Of a stretch of DNA of 64,000 nt, positions 1-14,400 are shown piece after piece. The translations under genes were made by a program, and so were the position numbers. The notes below the pieces were generated by a model, which worked only from the letters and a program-made list of their open reading frames with translations, did no database searches and had not been told where the DNA came from. Source of the stretch: Ophelia neglecta (Eukaryota); the NCBI GenBank assembly GCA_965285935.1, contig OZ260663.1:23498001-23562000 (forward strand), written 5' to 3'. The stretch's first letter is position 1. Every line of letters begins with the position of its first letter.

Positions 1-1737
1 TACAATTCCAAACATGCTCAAAGTTCACCAAACAATAAACTTTATAATAACACCTTTAAAAAGAAAAGAAAAAGTTTTCGAACAAACGTGTTCTTCAACA
101 CTCCAGTATGCTTTGTCTTATCTAATTTTGTTGTTTCGAATATGCGATTGCGAATCAAATTGTGAAGTATTGAACAGTATGAGGTGCACTTTGCAGTAAA
201 ACCCGTGCAAACATTACCGAAATCTGCTCTTGTAAGTTGTTAACCCAATCAAGATGCGATGGTTTAAATATTCCGGTTATTATTTGATTGCTAATTGGGA
301 AGCTGACTCCTTAACCTTGCACAAAAGTTGGTTCAGGCGGAGGGTTTTTTAACACCTCTAGGACTAGGAGGCATAACTGAGTCATGTTGTCCGTCCGTCG
401 CTAAGGGTACTTCGTTCGGCGGTTATGTTTGTAGCGCAATAAGTCATGAGCAGTTTGTATTTTTTTGCTAACATCGTGGGACTGTTTTCTGCCTGGGGGT
501 GGGGGGTGGGGGGTGGGGGGGGGATGAACTGATTAGGTTTACGAAATCGATTTGAAAAAAGCAAGATGGCTGCCGCGGTGTGTTCCAAACACTGCTTTAA
601 AAATACAGGGCAGTAGTTATTCACATCATAAATTGAATACAACTGAATACTTCAACACTCAGACCCGCTCGGAGCTGTCCATCAAAAGCATTGTTATAGG
701 TTATTTTCTTTTGCATTATGCTCTTAAAGAGTATTCTCTAGACGTTCCGCCTTAAGATCATCCAGGGGCATAAGGATGGGTGCTTTCCCTCTCTTCTCTA
801 CCGTCAGTGTCAACAATTTGTTCGACTGTCCAGATGTACAGCTCTCTGATATATGTCAGACTGGTTCACGTCACTGCAACGTAGGAGATGGTACTCAGTA
901 GCCTATATCAAATAAACCTGCAACTTCATTTCTGGGCTTCGTTGAGCAAAGTAGGGAGGTGAAAACCGTTGAACACACAGCTGGTTTAGCGACCGTGGTG
1001 CACATTGTCTTGCTGGTGAAAAATGGTGTTGGAAAAACGGCAGTGATTCGTGAGACGATAAGAAGTTTGCTTGGGAAAACGGTGGAGGGAAAAAAATGTA
1101 TTGGATATCCGAGAGACCAAGCCAGGTCCCCAACAGTAAACATAATTGTATCGAAATTCATTAGTAATACAAATAAATTGATATCAACTGCAATAAGAAG
1201 TAATCAACAGGTTTCATTAATGTGAGGCAGACAGTAAAAAACAAACTAGTCAGGCAGGTAGACGATGCAGTATGTCCTAACAGAGTCTTTTGGTATAATA
1301 TGTGACCTAGCTCACACATAAATAACAAACTGTATATAAATTTGGCTCAAGAAACATGCCACGTACGGGTGCTAATGAGTCTTAAATATCCTCAATTAAG
1401 CAAAAAATGTTAAATCAACAAAGTGAGCCAGTTACGTTTAAATTGTGCAAGAACACGCCCAGTTAAACAAACGATCCTACACCAGTATAAAACAGACGTG
1501 TATTGCCATTAGGTGAAAGGCAGTATTTGCTGGTGGAAACTTATTCGAGGAAATGGACTTTGAGTGAACGTAGGTAAATACAAATGAAGGGGGACATGAT
1601 TAGGTGGAGTGGCTTGTCATGGACTGCGCTACATGGCGGTGATGAGTTGGGTCATAAGGGTGACTTTGGTTGGTGTGAAGCGACAGTCAATGCGGTTGAG
1701 GCTCGTGGATGTCGCTTCAATTGGGCATATACCAGAC

Positions 1738-1838
1738 TTCCCTTCGTAGCAGAGTACACAGCTCCGTTCTCTTCGCCTGTAGCATGCGGTGATGCGGAGA
1801 AACTATGCGATAAGCATTAGCCTCTGCTGCGAAGGGTA
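1738..1838. mobile_element. 101-bp MITE with 17-bp TIRs and 9-bp target-site duplication
   Basis: TTCCCTTCGTAGCAGAG (1738-1754) matches the reverse complement of 1822-1838 (TACCCTTCGCAGCAGAG) at 15/17. ATACCAGAC flanks both ends (1729-1737, 1839-1847). Confidence 0.75.
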
Positions 1839-2557
1839 ATACCAGACGTGTCTCTTGCCCAATCTTTAGGGCTCAGTGTTTCCATTTGACCTACAAACTG
1901 TAGCAATCTGAAGATAAATTACCGCCAGCGAACACCATCGTAAATACATCTATCACATTATTAACCGAAGGTTCACCTCCAGGGCGTGCCTTAACCAGTG
2001 ACGGCCGATAAAATATGAAGTTTTAGAGCATCAATGAAAAATACATTATTTGAAAGTAATGGCACCCGTTCTCCATTTCTAACAACAATAACTGGATCCT
2101 GTTTTACTTATAATTGTTGTCAGCCTAATCAGTTGGAGTGTTTGGTCGATTGCCAACTCCCATTTGCCGTTTTAACACTTCGCACCAAGTTTTGTGCTTA
2201 ATCAGTTTTATTTTTAGAAGCGGCAGGCGTACGTCTTCAGTGCCATGTGCAGTGTTGCTTACGAGGAACACCACGGGCTGCAGAGCATGGTTAGTGGGTG
2301 GAAAAAGTTCACTGTAAATTTATAAACTGCAATACCACGGCGAATGTTAAAAAGCAAAATAGCAGCATCAACACGGATATTGAAGTGAAATTATATATTG
2401 CCACCGGCGGTGTCTTTGTTGTTCTGAAAACAGGTACCGTCAGTCCACTTAGGTAGTGTGGGCAACGTTATGGCTATTCAGTTATGGAACAAGTCGTCCA
2501 GGAAATTGTTGAATTCAGACAAGTTCATAATACTGCGGGTGTGAGCTTGTGTTCATA

Positions 2558-4222
2558 ATGAATCTCACAGAGAGCCCTCTGTCGGAGATGGGAGCTTACA
2601 AGGCGGCCCTCCTGCTACCCAAGGTGGTATTACCGATTCTTATTGTTGTGGGGGTGGTTGGAAACCTCCTGACTCTTGTGACCCTGCACTCTCGGGCGTA
2701 CGGCCGCTCCCCTTCCACCGTCGGCCTAACATTTCTGGCGGTGGCCGACACCGGATACCTCATATCAACCCTCAGATGGTAAGATTGACAATAGAACCAG
2801 TAGGAATTCATTGTACTAATTACGGTAAATTGCGCAAAAAAAGGATAATGCAAATCACCAATATTTTTATGAAATGTCAGCTGTATCTTTTAGTTTTGGG
2901 AAATTGCAAGAAATATCTAGTAATAAAAGATTGAATTTAGATATATTATACCAGAACCTTTTAATACATGTATGTTTGCAGTGTAATATCCATAATGAAT
3001 ATGAATTTTAGTTCCAAAAGTGACCAATAGGGGCCGTGAGAGTCATGTGATTTTTTTGAAAGCCCAAACACTAGAGTATACCCTAATTAGCTACAGTAGG
3101 TCAATAACATACACACGTTGCTGTACATAATAGGTAGTCGTAAGTGTCCACCCCTCGTCTATATTCAGATAATCGGATCGGGGCCCAATAATTGCCCTAA
3201 ATATTCTCTTTCGGCATATATTTAATAAAATGGACAAACATTGTAAACCTGCTAAACACCTGCCAAAAGGAAAAAGCTCAAGCCCATCACCTACATGTGA
3301 TGTTAGTTTCCAATGTTCTTACACGCAAGGACCTTAATGGACCTTTATTTCCAAAGCCATTGCAACCTGCCTAATTACTTTTGCGTTTAACATTTCCTTA
3401 TTCCCTTTAATACTCAGGTGGGCAAATGCAGTGTTCCATGCCGATTTCCGGTTGATCTCGTCTGCAGCTTGCAGTTTTCACCAGATGTGGACTTATTACT
3501 TCCGACACCTATCATCCTGGACATTGGCGTTCGTCACGGTAGAGAGAGCTGTATGTGTCTGCTTCCCTATTCGGTGGAAAACTACATTCACCACCAGAAG
3601 GAATGCTGCCATCTTGGGATGCATGGCACTTGTTTTGTTTGGAATCAATTTGCAAATTCCTTTCAAATTCGGATTTAATTGGGATTCGGATAGCAACATA
3701 ACATACTGTAATGTCTACATTAGCCAGGATTACTGGTTTAACAAAGTATGGGTGCCTTTGGACGAAGTTCTTCATTTCTTTCTTCCAGCGACTATCATTC
3801 TTACCGGAAACATAGTTATCATTTGGCGCCTGCGTTCTGAACCTCTCAACGCCAATGTAAATGAAGAGCGCAATAAATCTATTACAGTAATGCTGGTCGC
3901 CGTCTCTATCGTGTTCCTGTTGACCATTCTGCCAAATGCCATTTTCCGATTGGGCGATGCTGAAAGGGCTTGGTCAGAGGACACCAATCAGGAGATCGCT
4001 GAAGTCACTTTGGCGTACTACGTCACCACAATGTGGGCAAGGGTCAACAACGCCATTAACTTCTTGTTGTATTGCGCTACCGGTTCAAAATTCAGATTCG
4101 CCTTTTTTCAAACCTTCCGAGTGTTTAGACAAAGAATCAAGGTGGGACATTCATCGGGATCTAGCCATGATATCCCTAGTAAGCTGTCCATTTCTCAGGG
4201 CACAGTTGATACCCATGTGTGA
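2558..4222 (+). CDS. Class A (rhodopsin-like) GPCR, FMRFamide-receptor/GPR139-142-like invertebrate expansion type; 2 exons, 341 aa
   Basis: Exons 2558-2778 (ends TG|gtaag) and 3418-4222 (after tactcag|); phase-2 join is in frame. Motifs: N-terminal NLT sequon, TM1 GVVGN, TM2 LAVAD, TM3 SSWTLAFVTVERAVCVCFP, TM5 FFLP, TM6 FLLTILP, TM7/H8 NNAINFLLYCATGSKFR. Confidence 0.93.
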
Positions 4223-4960
4223 CATTGCTAAAGTGCTGCAATATTTCTTTTACACAAAATATAACCAACGCTATTCGCGCAGAATCTAGATTCCCTGATC
4301 TACATATTGTCATCATGCAGTCCTATTCATTCGAGTTGTGTATATAGACGCGGCACTCATTATTTCTTAGCATTCTGATCTGAGGGTGATACTTTGTGTG
4401 AAACAAATGTTGTTATTTTAAACATACCAGGTATCTGGTGTTGAAACCTGCTGTAATAAACATAATGGAAGAACAATGATGAAGAAAAAGAAACAAATAA
4501 TATATATTACTTTAATTATGCAAAGTTATTTTAAGAAGATGGAAGACCACTCCCTCAGTGGCGCATAAAAAAATTCAAGTGACCCATTACTTCCCTCATT
4601 TGGCACGAAGGAATTTATAGAAACGTTTAAATATGTCTTGTGTTGGGGGAGAGTCCTTTGTTGTGTGTGCAAATGTGACCGTTTTTGTACAGTCCAGCAT
4701 TTCTATAAATATTTTTACCATAAGCTCATCACAAATTAAAATATGCAGACATTAATTTATCTGAAAACTTCATAACAGTTTCAGCAACAGGGACTATATA
4801 TTCATGTTACTTGTCCTCGTTATTTGATTATCGCACAAATAACACGTATAAATATTGTTATATGTTATTACTATTAACACTATAGATATTAGAAGTAGCA
4901 ATCTTAAACTATCAACACGATTAGCAAAACGATCTGGCAATTGTAAGAGCAAGGAAACTG

Positions 4961-5089
4961 CAGCCAGTATGAATTTGTGGTACCCGATTGGAAAAAGTCC
5001 TTACAGCCAGTATGAATTTGTGGTACCTCATTGGAAAAAGTCTCTACAGCCGGTAAGAATTTGTGGTACCCGATTCCAAAAAGTCCCTA
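4961..5089. repeat. Minisatellite, 3 x 43 bp
   Basis: Units start at 4961, 5004 and 5047; consensus about CAGCCAGTATGAATTTGTGGTACCCGATTGGAAAAAGTCCYTA. Confidence 0.9.
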
Positions 5090-8027
5090 CCACATCCCAA
5101 CCTTCTCCCACTTTCTCCTCCATATGCTAGAATTACAATTGTATAAGAATAGCACTAAGCGAACCACCTGACGGATAAGATGTGCAATTTGATATCTTAA
5201 ACAGTTTCTCTGATATCGACAGCGGTTCTGAAAATGAGCCCATGCAGCCTGTCGTATACCGTCTCTTAGATCAAGGCATTTCAAATGGCTTACGAATAAT
5301 ATTAACATGTGTGGAAAATTGCTTTTCTTTCCTGTGCTGAAGGGTCATGGATAAAACTTGATAATGATAGATTCCTTGAAGCTTGTGCATGCACTCAGTG
5401 TTGTTGATCGTAGCAAAGGATGGGTTATCGAGGCACTTAACACATTAACTGAAAGCTCTTTTCCCAAACATTTTAACTGTGAAGCTCTTTCCCCAAACAC
5501 CCGAGATACTTTGAGCCCTGAAAATAGGAAAATGCATTAATTGCTTAGTTCCAGACTGACACTTAGCAACAAATAGGAATGTGAATTCTTCACAAAAGGT
5601 TAATTTTAGGCATAGCATCAATGGACAGCAGACATACAAACCTGTCTGTTACTGATAATTAAATCTCACAAACAGTTCACACTTATTGAAAGAAAACAAA
5701 ATGTGTAGACTGTGTTGGTGTTATTTATGTTCGGTCTGGTGCCTATATAATACTTGATAGCACCTGAAAATAATTTGCATATTATACTTACTATGTAATA
5801 TGTCAACTCGGATAGCGTTATGTTGAATTATCGAAGCTTTGTGCCCTTCACTTGAATAGTTTCTTTAATTACTAAAATTAGAATGAATTTTTTTGCATAG
5901 CTAGTGTCGTAAAAATATTAACATACAATTGATGTGGAGTGTTTATGAAAACATATTTAAGTGTACCTGTTTATTCCATCATTTAGTACGGAATGCATCG
6001 GGCTTAGTCCCGATCCTTCTTACGAAGAATGTGTAATCCTCACTATAGTTATGCTAAGCGTCTCTGGCCATGCATCAGTAAGTATCGTTAGTCTTCAATG
6101 GTCTCTGATAGGTAGACCTATACGTCCAGGAAACACAACTCAGCCTATTTATTTATTTTCCTATAGTTGCTATTGCTTTAAATCTTCAGCAGTAAGAAAA
6201 ACCGCAGTAGTATTGTGCAATTCAATTTCGCTCACCAGGGCAATACGCGCATGCCTTTTACTGATATATCAATTTATATTGCTGATGCACATGTTTATGT
6301 TTAGTGAAAGGCTTCGCCCACGTATGATATCGTTTATTCCATTGTTGCAGGAGATAAGACCTCTGCTAGAGAGGAACCTGCATTCATAATTTATTAAATG
6401 GCCTGTATGACCTCGCTGACATCTATCAGACGTTTGTTATGATGTACTAGGCATCCAAATGCTCTTCCGGTCTTTCATCTGGCATCTGTGATCACTAGTT
6501 AACCCGGATGCGATCAAATTTAAAACATGTGGTCTAGAAAAATATACCAGTACACGCTGCCAAGGAAATTGTTGTTTTGAACGGCATCAGTTACCGCACT
6601 TTGGCCACGGCCATTGCGCTTGTGGTTGAAGCAAGACGCCTGCCTTCGAACACGACAGAAGCTCATCGACTTTTGGTGTGTAGCTACTTGCTTCCCCCAT
6701 AACACAAACAGCGGGTTAGAGGTATCATAGGATCAGCAATTTTACTTCTACAGAACATACTCTTTATTAACAATAGAAATGAACTAGTGCCCCCAGAATT
6801 TACCACAGCAGGAAAATTTGATGAACTCGATTCTAAGATTTTTGGAACATGATAATTAGTGGTTCATCTGCTTGATCAGCCCCAGAGACAACGTGAGATT
6901 GGGAATTAGGTCAACTTTGGCACCTAACACCACTGACACTGTGCTCAACCCCTGTTCGTCAAACCTTGCCTCCAAGACCTACGTGGCAGATGTATGAACA
7001 TGAAGACATTAAAAGTAGTTAACAAAATCGATATCGAGCAAGTGGTAATAACTCGATAACAATACTACTCTCCAATAATAGCAGTATGCGCTGGAACTAC
7101 GTGTAGTTCATACGTACTTGTCTGAACTGCGGCTTGTCTGTAATAGTTTGTATTTTTCTTGGTTGCAGCAATAAATGTGTACCATTTCTAAATATATCCT
7201 GTACAAAATGCTCCTACTCATTGAAACTAGCGGTAGCTAGAACAGACGAATAAGATCCTATTGAGCAATGTATTTAGATTGTGATATATATCGGGAATTT
7301 GGAAGCTTTCAAATGTTTTTTAATTGATTGTTTCTGCAAATCCCGGACACCAACCATAGCTCCCAGACCAAGGCCCAGGCTGGACGGCGGTGGGGGACGG
7401 GGGGGGGGGGGTTCTCCTATGTTATGTTCATGTACAGGTCGCTTTTTTGCTTTTGTCCGATAGGCAATCATGTCACAGGTAAACTATTAGATTTGTTTCA
7501 TCTATCAGAAGGTAGACACGGACCGTCCCGTCAAAACGATGAATACAGCAGTATTCTGGACACGCCTCTATTAACAGATTAATGTGAATAAAAAAAGTTA
7601 GTGTGCTGAAGGTTATAAAAATAGCCCAAAAGGTGCTCTCATCATCGAAGCTCATATTCCTCACCAGATCTGCAGTTCTTCAACATTCTCCTTTTATTTA
7701 ATCGGACCTAGCCTTATATATCTCAATGCACATTGCACATTTCTCATGTCTGTCACGTTTGCATGGATGCTGCATTGCATCTTATGTTATAATCCAGCCC
7801 CCCCCCCCCCCCCACACACACAGACTCCTCGAGGCATGACCCCACACACGGTAGTCCATGACTACCACACTCGACTGATGTGTTAGTTGTTCAGATAATC
7901 TGAAGATTACTATTATCAAATGATCGAAGCGTATTTTGCCGTTTAGGTGCACTTCTACTAGAACATTTGGTTTTAGGCTATCCAAGACCCAGTGGCTCTC
8001 CCTACCCTATCTCCTATAGGAACATGC

Positions 8028-8340
8028 ATGAAAGGGGGGGGGGGGATTAGGGGTACCCTCGGGATCGGCCTTTTTAATTATTCGTGAAATGGAATTTTAA
8101 GATTTAATTTCTTATGAATCGGGAGTCGACAATTGCCTCTGATTCGGGATCAAGGATTTGCATATGATGGGACCCAGGAATGTTCTGTCCTGACTAGGGA
8201 CTTTTTCAATTTATCGGGATGCAAGAAACACCTAATCTCTAATACGTGAAAAATGCGGACTTCAAACATCCGTGATTCGGGATTTACCCATTTTTCAAAC
8301 TAAGAACTGGGAACGAGGCCCCCCCTAACCTCCCTTCACG
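8028..8340. mobile_element. Degraded MITE-like element with internal CGGGAT/CGTGA repeats
   Basis: Left end TGAAAG(G)nATTAGGGG is loosely inverted against right end CCCCTAACCTCCCTTCA; TCGGGAT/TTCGTGA motifs recur internally. Confidence 0.45.
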
Positions 8341-10035
8341 TAACTGTCTCTCTCTTCATGCCATACACCATAGCCAAGGTTACTTGTATGATACGCGCTT
8401 TGAAAGCTCTGAATTTATATGGCTTTATTCAGATACAAAATAATCCCGTTAAAACAACAATGTATTTAATTAATTTTACCAGAAAAAATTTACCTATAGT
8501 CGCAGCTGACCAAGGTTTAGTTAGGGACAACGGAAGCCGATAACATTAGAATTTCGCAGTCACAGTTCAATTACATATATATGTATGACCCAGCCATTGA
8601 ATGTGAACTCAAAGTGCATGTTAACATTTACCCCCGGGTTTTATCTATATTTTTGTGATGATTGGGCAAGCCTCAGATATTGTACTTGTTATCTTTCTTA
8701 GTTGCCTGTAATTTCCCTCTGGTATCCCCACGGCAGGCGACATTCTTACTCAGCGCTGATTGGCTGGCAGCCCTAGGCTAGGCGCTGATTGGTCAATCGT
8801 TAATGATGATGGATGCTGCCTCAGGCAGCGATGAATACCAGTCTCATCTAAAGGGCGTCGCTTTGTGTTCTCACATCAGCACCTTGCTCGAAACAGCACG
8901 AGTGAGCAGATAGTGCGTTAAGAGTGGGTTAGGGAGTGCGGGGAAGAGCGGGTGGGATAGGGGTGGGATTGGGAGATGGGTGAGTGATGGGGGGGGGGGG
9001 GGGGCTGTAAAGGGTGGCAAGGTGTCGTGCCGTACATATCCGGAAGGCGCTTAAAGACTAAAGATTACGCGCTCCTTATATCAACCTGAGCATACAGCTA
9101 AACGCAGTCATATATCATAAACAAGTTTATTAGGTTGATTAAGGAATTGATGTATGCTTACGTTTTATATACTTAACCCTTGACGGTTTAAACCAAGAAG
9201 ACGTGGGTGCCAGTATATTCAAGGATTAATATTAGAAATCAGTTTAAAAATTTGACGAAATACTGCAAAACGGGCCATTCTACTTTATTTTGCAGATGAA
9301 AAGTTTCTTAAAGAAGAAAAATTAGACAGGTACGGCTTGAAGTGTAAACCTACTGTGCAGACCTCCAAGGGGCAGGGAGTCAGATGGTTATTTTGTTGTT
9401 GATTTTCACCAAATTTTGACTGTAGAGCACAGTATATTTGAACAATGTTAAAGTAGCAAATGTTATCCGCTTATCTATTTCGATTATTTAAAATTAACCG
9501 TCCAATTAATACACACAGCTCCCGGGCACAGGTTCAAACAAAATGGAAAATATTCTCCCAAAGCCTCAAGGGGAAATGTTGGTAACTCCCCCACCCTCCA
9601 TCACTTTGGGGTTCATTACTAATACTAATGGACCAGAGCTGCTCGCTGCTTTACTTATCAAACCAGCTGACAAAATCAGACCTCAAAGGTTTATAATTAC
9701 TCGCTTTTGACTATCATTGTGAGTGCGTTGCACGAGCAAACCTGAGCTGCGAGAACACTTGTGACCAGCCTTGGCAGCGCTCTGCAGGCTCGTGTCTGCA
9801 GCATGGTTTCTGCAGTCCAGAGTCTGTTAAACAGTCTGCTTATTACGCAGGTATCCGAAAGACATTTTACTATGGTATCTTGATAAACAAGGCTGGGAAT
9901 ATTTGTAAACAAATGAGCTAATCTGTAGGGTATCTGTTCTCTCTGGAGATAACTGCTCAAATAAGGCTGTATCATCTGTGATTTCCTCTTTCATTTAAGT
10001 GGCTTACAAGAGGCTGTTGATCTGTTAGCTCCCAA

Positions 10036-10430
10036 CCCCTGAGGGAGGAGGGGGGGGGGGGGAGGGGCACTTCTTATGTTGGCCATACACGGCGAGTGCG
10101 CCTCTAGGAAGGGTCGTTTTCCTAGGAAAATGGCCTTAACCAGTGGCACCTAGCCAAGCGTCTCTCTTTCTAGTCACTCTAAAAGTTGTCTCAGTGCGTC
10201 ATTTTCAGTATAATAATGCAGGTAGAAGCATCATGTGCTCTCTTGTGAAAATATAGCGTTATTTTAGACCAGGCAATCATGAAAATAGTTTTTTAAAGCT
10301 TTTTTTAATGTTTAGTTTTTTGTCAGATTTACTTTGCCAAGGGATGGTGTTTTGTCAGATTTCCTTCAGCTCCACACCCGTATGCAAAATGTATTAAAAA
10401 CCCCTCCCCTCCCCCCCCCCCCCCCACCGG
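10036..10430. mobile_element. Degraded MITE-like element with poly-G / poly-C termini
   Basis: A G-run followed by CACTTC...TACACGG at the left is loosely mirrored by CACACCCGTA...AAAAC and a C-run at the right. Confidence 0.45.
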
Positions 10431-11284
10431 CCTCTCAAAAGATCCGTGCAAAACAGTTAAAGTGTATGACGAAAATTATTATTACAAGTCATTGCATGAC
10501 TTATACTTTAGCGTTCCACAACAGAGGTTCTAATGTTCTAATCAAAGTCAGAGTCTGTTTTCCCGGCACAGACCAGGCCATGTCCATGTTGCATCATTAT
10601 TATTTGGCTTTAGGGATTAACTGGTTCCTGGTTGGAGCGTGGTCTCTAAATCTGAACAAGGACCTGGCTCCCCAATATATATAAACAAACGTGCTCTCCA
10701 TGGTTGATTTTATCCAACGTAGTCTCCATGCATGTTTAATATTATCAAAGGTCATTTTGTACACTCAAAGGAACTCTCCCTGGTTTGTGCACCACAACGA
10801 TGAATGCATGATGATAAAACCTGCATGTATTTCGTCATTAATCTTATCAAACTCATTAGCGTATTATATATAGTTGCAAATTAACAGTATCGGACAGTGT
10901 GCAGATTACGACACTGAGCCACTGTAAGGCGGCTTGGTAGCTCGGTGAGAAGAATGAAGTCACTGCCAAGAATTGTTGAATTTCTGACTGGACCCGGTGG
11001 TACCGCTCTGAGCTACAATCTAAACAACAACAATAACAAACTATGGTCCATAATCCCCTACCTATAATCGGCAGTCAAACACTGTGAAATATTCGGCTGG
11101 GAATACAGCGCCGACGCTTGGAAAAGTAGATATTCTTTTGGCAAATATGAAGCAGACGATTATGGTAAGAAGTTTGTTGATCACTAATAGGCCTATGAAG
11201 AAATAACGTTAGCTTAGGACGAGCTTTAAGATACGTTCATTAATATGAAGTGTTTTGGAGATAAAGCCAATTAGAAAGGGCTAA

Positions 11285-11403
11285 TCTGATCACTAATTTG
11301 AAAACGATAGTGCACACTTTTAATGAAAAATAACGTGATCGGGCCACCTCCATAATCAGACCATTATTTCCCTAGGGCGGTCTCAATCTTAACGTTTCAC
11401 TGT
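11285..11403. mobile_element. Partial, diverged copy of the CAGTGAAACC MITE family
   Basis: Contains CCACCTCCATAATCAGACCA and ends GTTTCACTG, matching the copies at 30269 and 50157. Confidence 0.55.
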
Positions 11404-14400
11404 TCTTTGAATTCCAAATTGATATCGTCTGCATGTGACACTATATACTTATCAGCTGAATCACACAATCAACACAGAATAGGCTTTTATGGAGGATTTT
11501 TGTGATGGGAATTTCTCAGTTAGTAGATTCAGGTCCGATGAACCTTTTCGGCCGTGTTTGAATACAAAATGTTCGTTGTTCTTCGTTTACGTATGTACCT
11601 GTACTTTGTAATAAAAGGCGAGGTTTGAAACCTTGAGGGAAAATAAAATAGCTACAAAATTCGGTTCTATGCAGCACTTTAATACTGTCTCTACTAAAGA
11701 CCCAATTACATTTCTCCTCTGTTAAAATTGTAGCTGGTTAATGTGATAGCGACTTGAATTGAAAAGCAGTATTAAACACATCAAACAGTTGGTACATTTG
11801 TATCACTTTTTCCCCAATAGCGCGGAATAAGATTTATATCTATATAACCGCGGGGTCAATACTTGTACGAGGTCATCAATTACTTGGAAGATGGTGTATC
11901 TGATTTCTATGGTGTTTCTATTTTCCATTAAAATACATTAGAGTTGAGCTTTGGTGGACATTTTTTTCTCTCGATATTATCATGTATTGTCCATGGGATC
12001 TAAAAGCACGCATAATTGAATTGTCGTGTTGTTATTTTGTAGGAGATAAAACAGGAATATTTAGCCACGTAAAATGTCTTCGAGGCAATTCAATGTTTTA
12101 TTCTGTTGTTCAGATGGTCAATGTGGACCCTCGCAGCCTCGGCGCTAGCATGGAAAGCCGAAGTTTGGCCACTTACCGAAAAGACGCTAGATCTCTGGCG
12201 CTTTCTAGTTAAACGTTACAAGCAAACATATTGACAAATAATCAATCGCTGCGTCATTGTCGAATCAGTTTTCGAAAACTATCTCCCTATGAAAAAAGAG
12301 CCTTATGATCGACTTGGAAATGCTGTCTGTCGAGGCTGATATCACGGGAGGTGACTGCGAGGTTAGTCCTATCGGGATACTGAACGCTTTTGTAAGGTTC
12401 CTTGTAATATCCAATGTTCGAGTAAAACATATTATTGCACCTAAGGCAGCCAAAACATTATACAGTGTCATTTTGACATGCAGGGCAGGTTTAAAAAGCC
12501 AAAGCTGTAATTCATGGAAATAAAACATAAAATAAAGTCAGCATGGGTGCGCGGTGGTCTGACAGGCCTTGTACGTGTTTGATAGAATTGGCGGTTCTGA
12601 AGTAGTATGGTGTGATATATGACTTTTAATGCGTGTACCTGTACTAGCATTATCGTGTTTCCAGTTGACAGTTATATATCAGTAAATGAACAGTTTCCAG
12701 ACCTTTTATAGCCGTAAGTCATTAGTGAAACTATTGCTGGATATTCTCTTATTTCTAAACAAAAAGAAGATAAAAAACACTAATAAACCTGATACTAACG
12801 TAGATCATTATCACTGACATTTAATGTTATAATCCTCAACTTTTGATTGCTTTTCGAGAACGATGTTTTCATAGATTTTTATACACTTCTCTTTTGATCA
12901 ATCATGTATACTTTGGAATTAATTGTTCACATAAATATAGTCTTTGTCCGGTATTTTTGACACCGTGCATTTCAAGTGTTATAGCCCTTCAGTAAAGAGT
13001 CTAACGACATTTATGTTTAATTTATTACCAATATAGTTATAAATGGTGATTGCCACAGAAATTGAGATAATAAATCACACTGTATAATTATAAGGTGTTT
13101 GCTTCTGTTTTGTATATAAATTGTTTAACCAGTATCTTATAACAAAAAACTTGCTGACAACAAGGAACTTAAATACATTAAATGAGTATTTTTGTAAACA
13201 CAAGCAAGCTAGACTTTTTGAGATTAAACTTTAACACGTTCTATCAGAAAGACCGAAATGACATTATAGGTGTTTTTTAACACTTAAAGGACGGCCCTCG
13301 GACGTGTGCTATAAGCGGCCGATGATAAATCGGGAGCAGATGATGGGGTTTAACCGGGAAAGACCCGTTCCTATCCCTTCTAGTTTCAAAGAGTGACTGG
13401 TTTCTTAATTTCCTTCAGCCAACACTATCGTTTACACCTGCCAATGGCGATAAATGTCTTAGAATAATATTTATACCTCTTTATTTCAAATTATGCTGTG
13501 GTAGGTTCATTAAATGGTTGTTTCTGGGGTTTATTAGTCGAATTTGACTGAGCGTGACCACTCGGCGCCGAGCCCCTGTGGGGCACGCGGAGGTCTCCGG
13601 CCGCGTGGAAATGACCCGGCACGGAGAGGGGCCCTCGTTCCCGGTTGCGCCGCGAGCTATGAACCAATGGACTCTTACCTATGCATGGCACATGGCAGTA
13701 CAATCCGCTACCGATAACTGCCCCTGGGAGGGAGCACACAGTTACCATCACTCTTAAACAGGGCTTCTGATAAGCAACATGAAAAGAGTGCATTAGTTCC
13801 ATGAAGTTCACTTATTGTATTCAGACGCCCGGTTAAAAACATCATTGTCCTCCATTTATGGTCCTTTTGGTCATATAGATATTTAAACCGAGACACAGTA
13901 TCAGCTTTTTTAGCGAATGTGAATGGCATAACGACCACGAGTTGTCTTTTAGTCCTCAGCTAACCCAGGTAAACCGCCAGGTTCTTTTGTACTGAGGTAT
14001 TGATACCGTTGTAACACGTTAGGGGTAAGTTACTTAGAGTGTTGGTGAAGACTACATGTAGTGGTAGTGTCCAGTTCAGGATGTCAGTGCGTGGCACCTT
14101 TGTAGCAGACGACACTGTTCATAAAGTTATAAATTCAAAGCAGAATATGTAGAACTGGGGTTTTCTCGCTTTTTGTCAACTTTATATTCACTATTTTACG
14201 GTGTGAGGACAAAGCAATTCACCCACCTCGCACACAAGGACACACGCCAGAATGGACAAACCCAGCTAGCCACCCTTCTCCGCCCCCGTACCAGGAAGGG
14301 CAAACTAACTAATTGGCCAGCCCTGCTGCCCAGTGGGAGCTTATCTCTGAAATATCCCATCTTGTCTGAAAATAAGTGATATATCAGAGCGTAAACTGAC

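Noticed and set aside
4961-5089. Repeat array as CRISPR
   Set aside because: Contiguous units without spacers, no cas genes, eukaryotic context.
12265-12528. Minus-strand ORF with signal-peptide-like MTLYNVLAALGAIICF and a Ser/Thr-rich tail
   Set aside because: No convincing donor, partner exons or family resemblance; cannot be excluded without RNA-seq.
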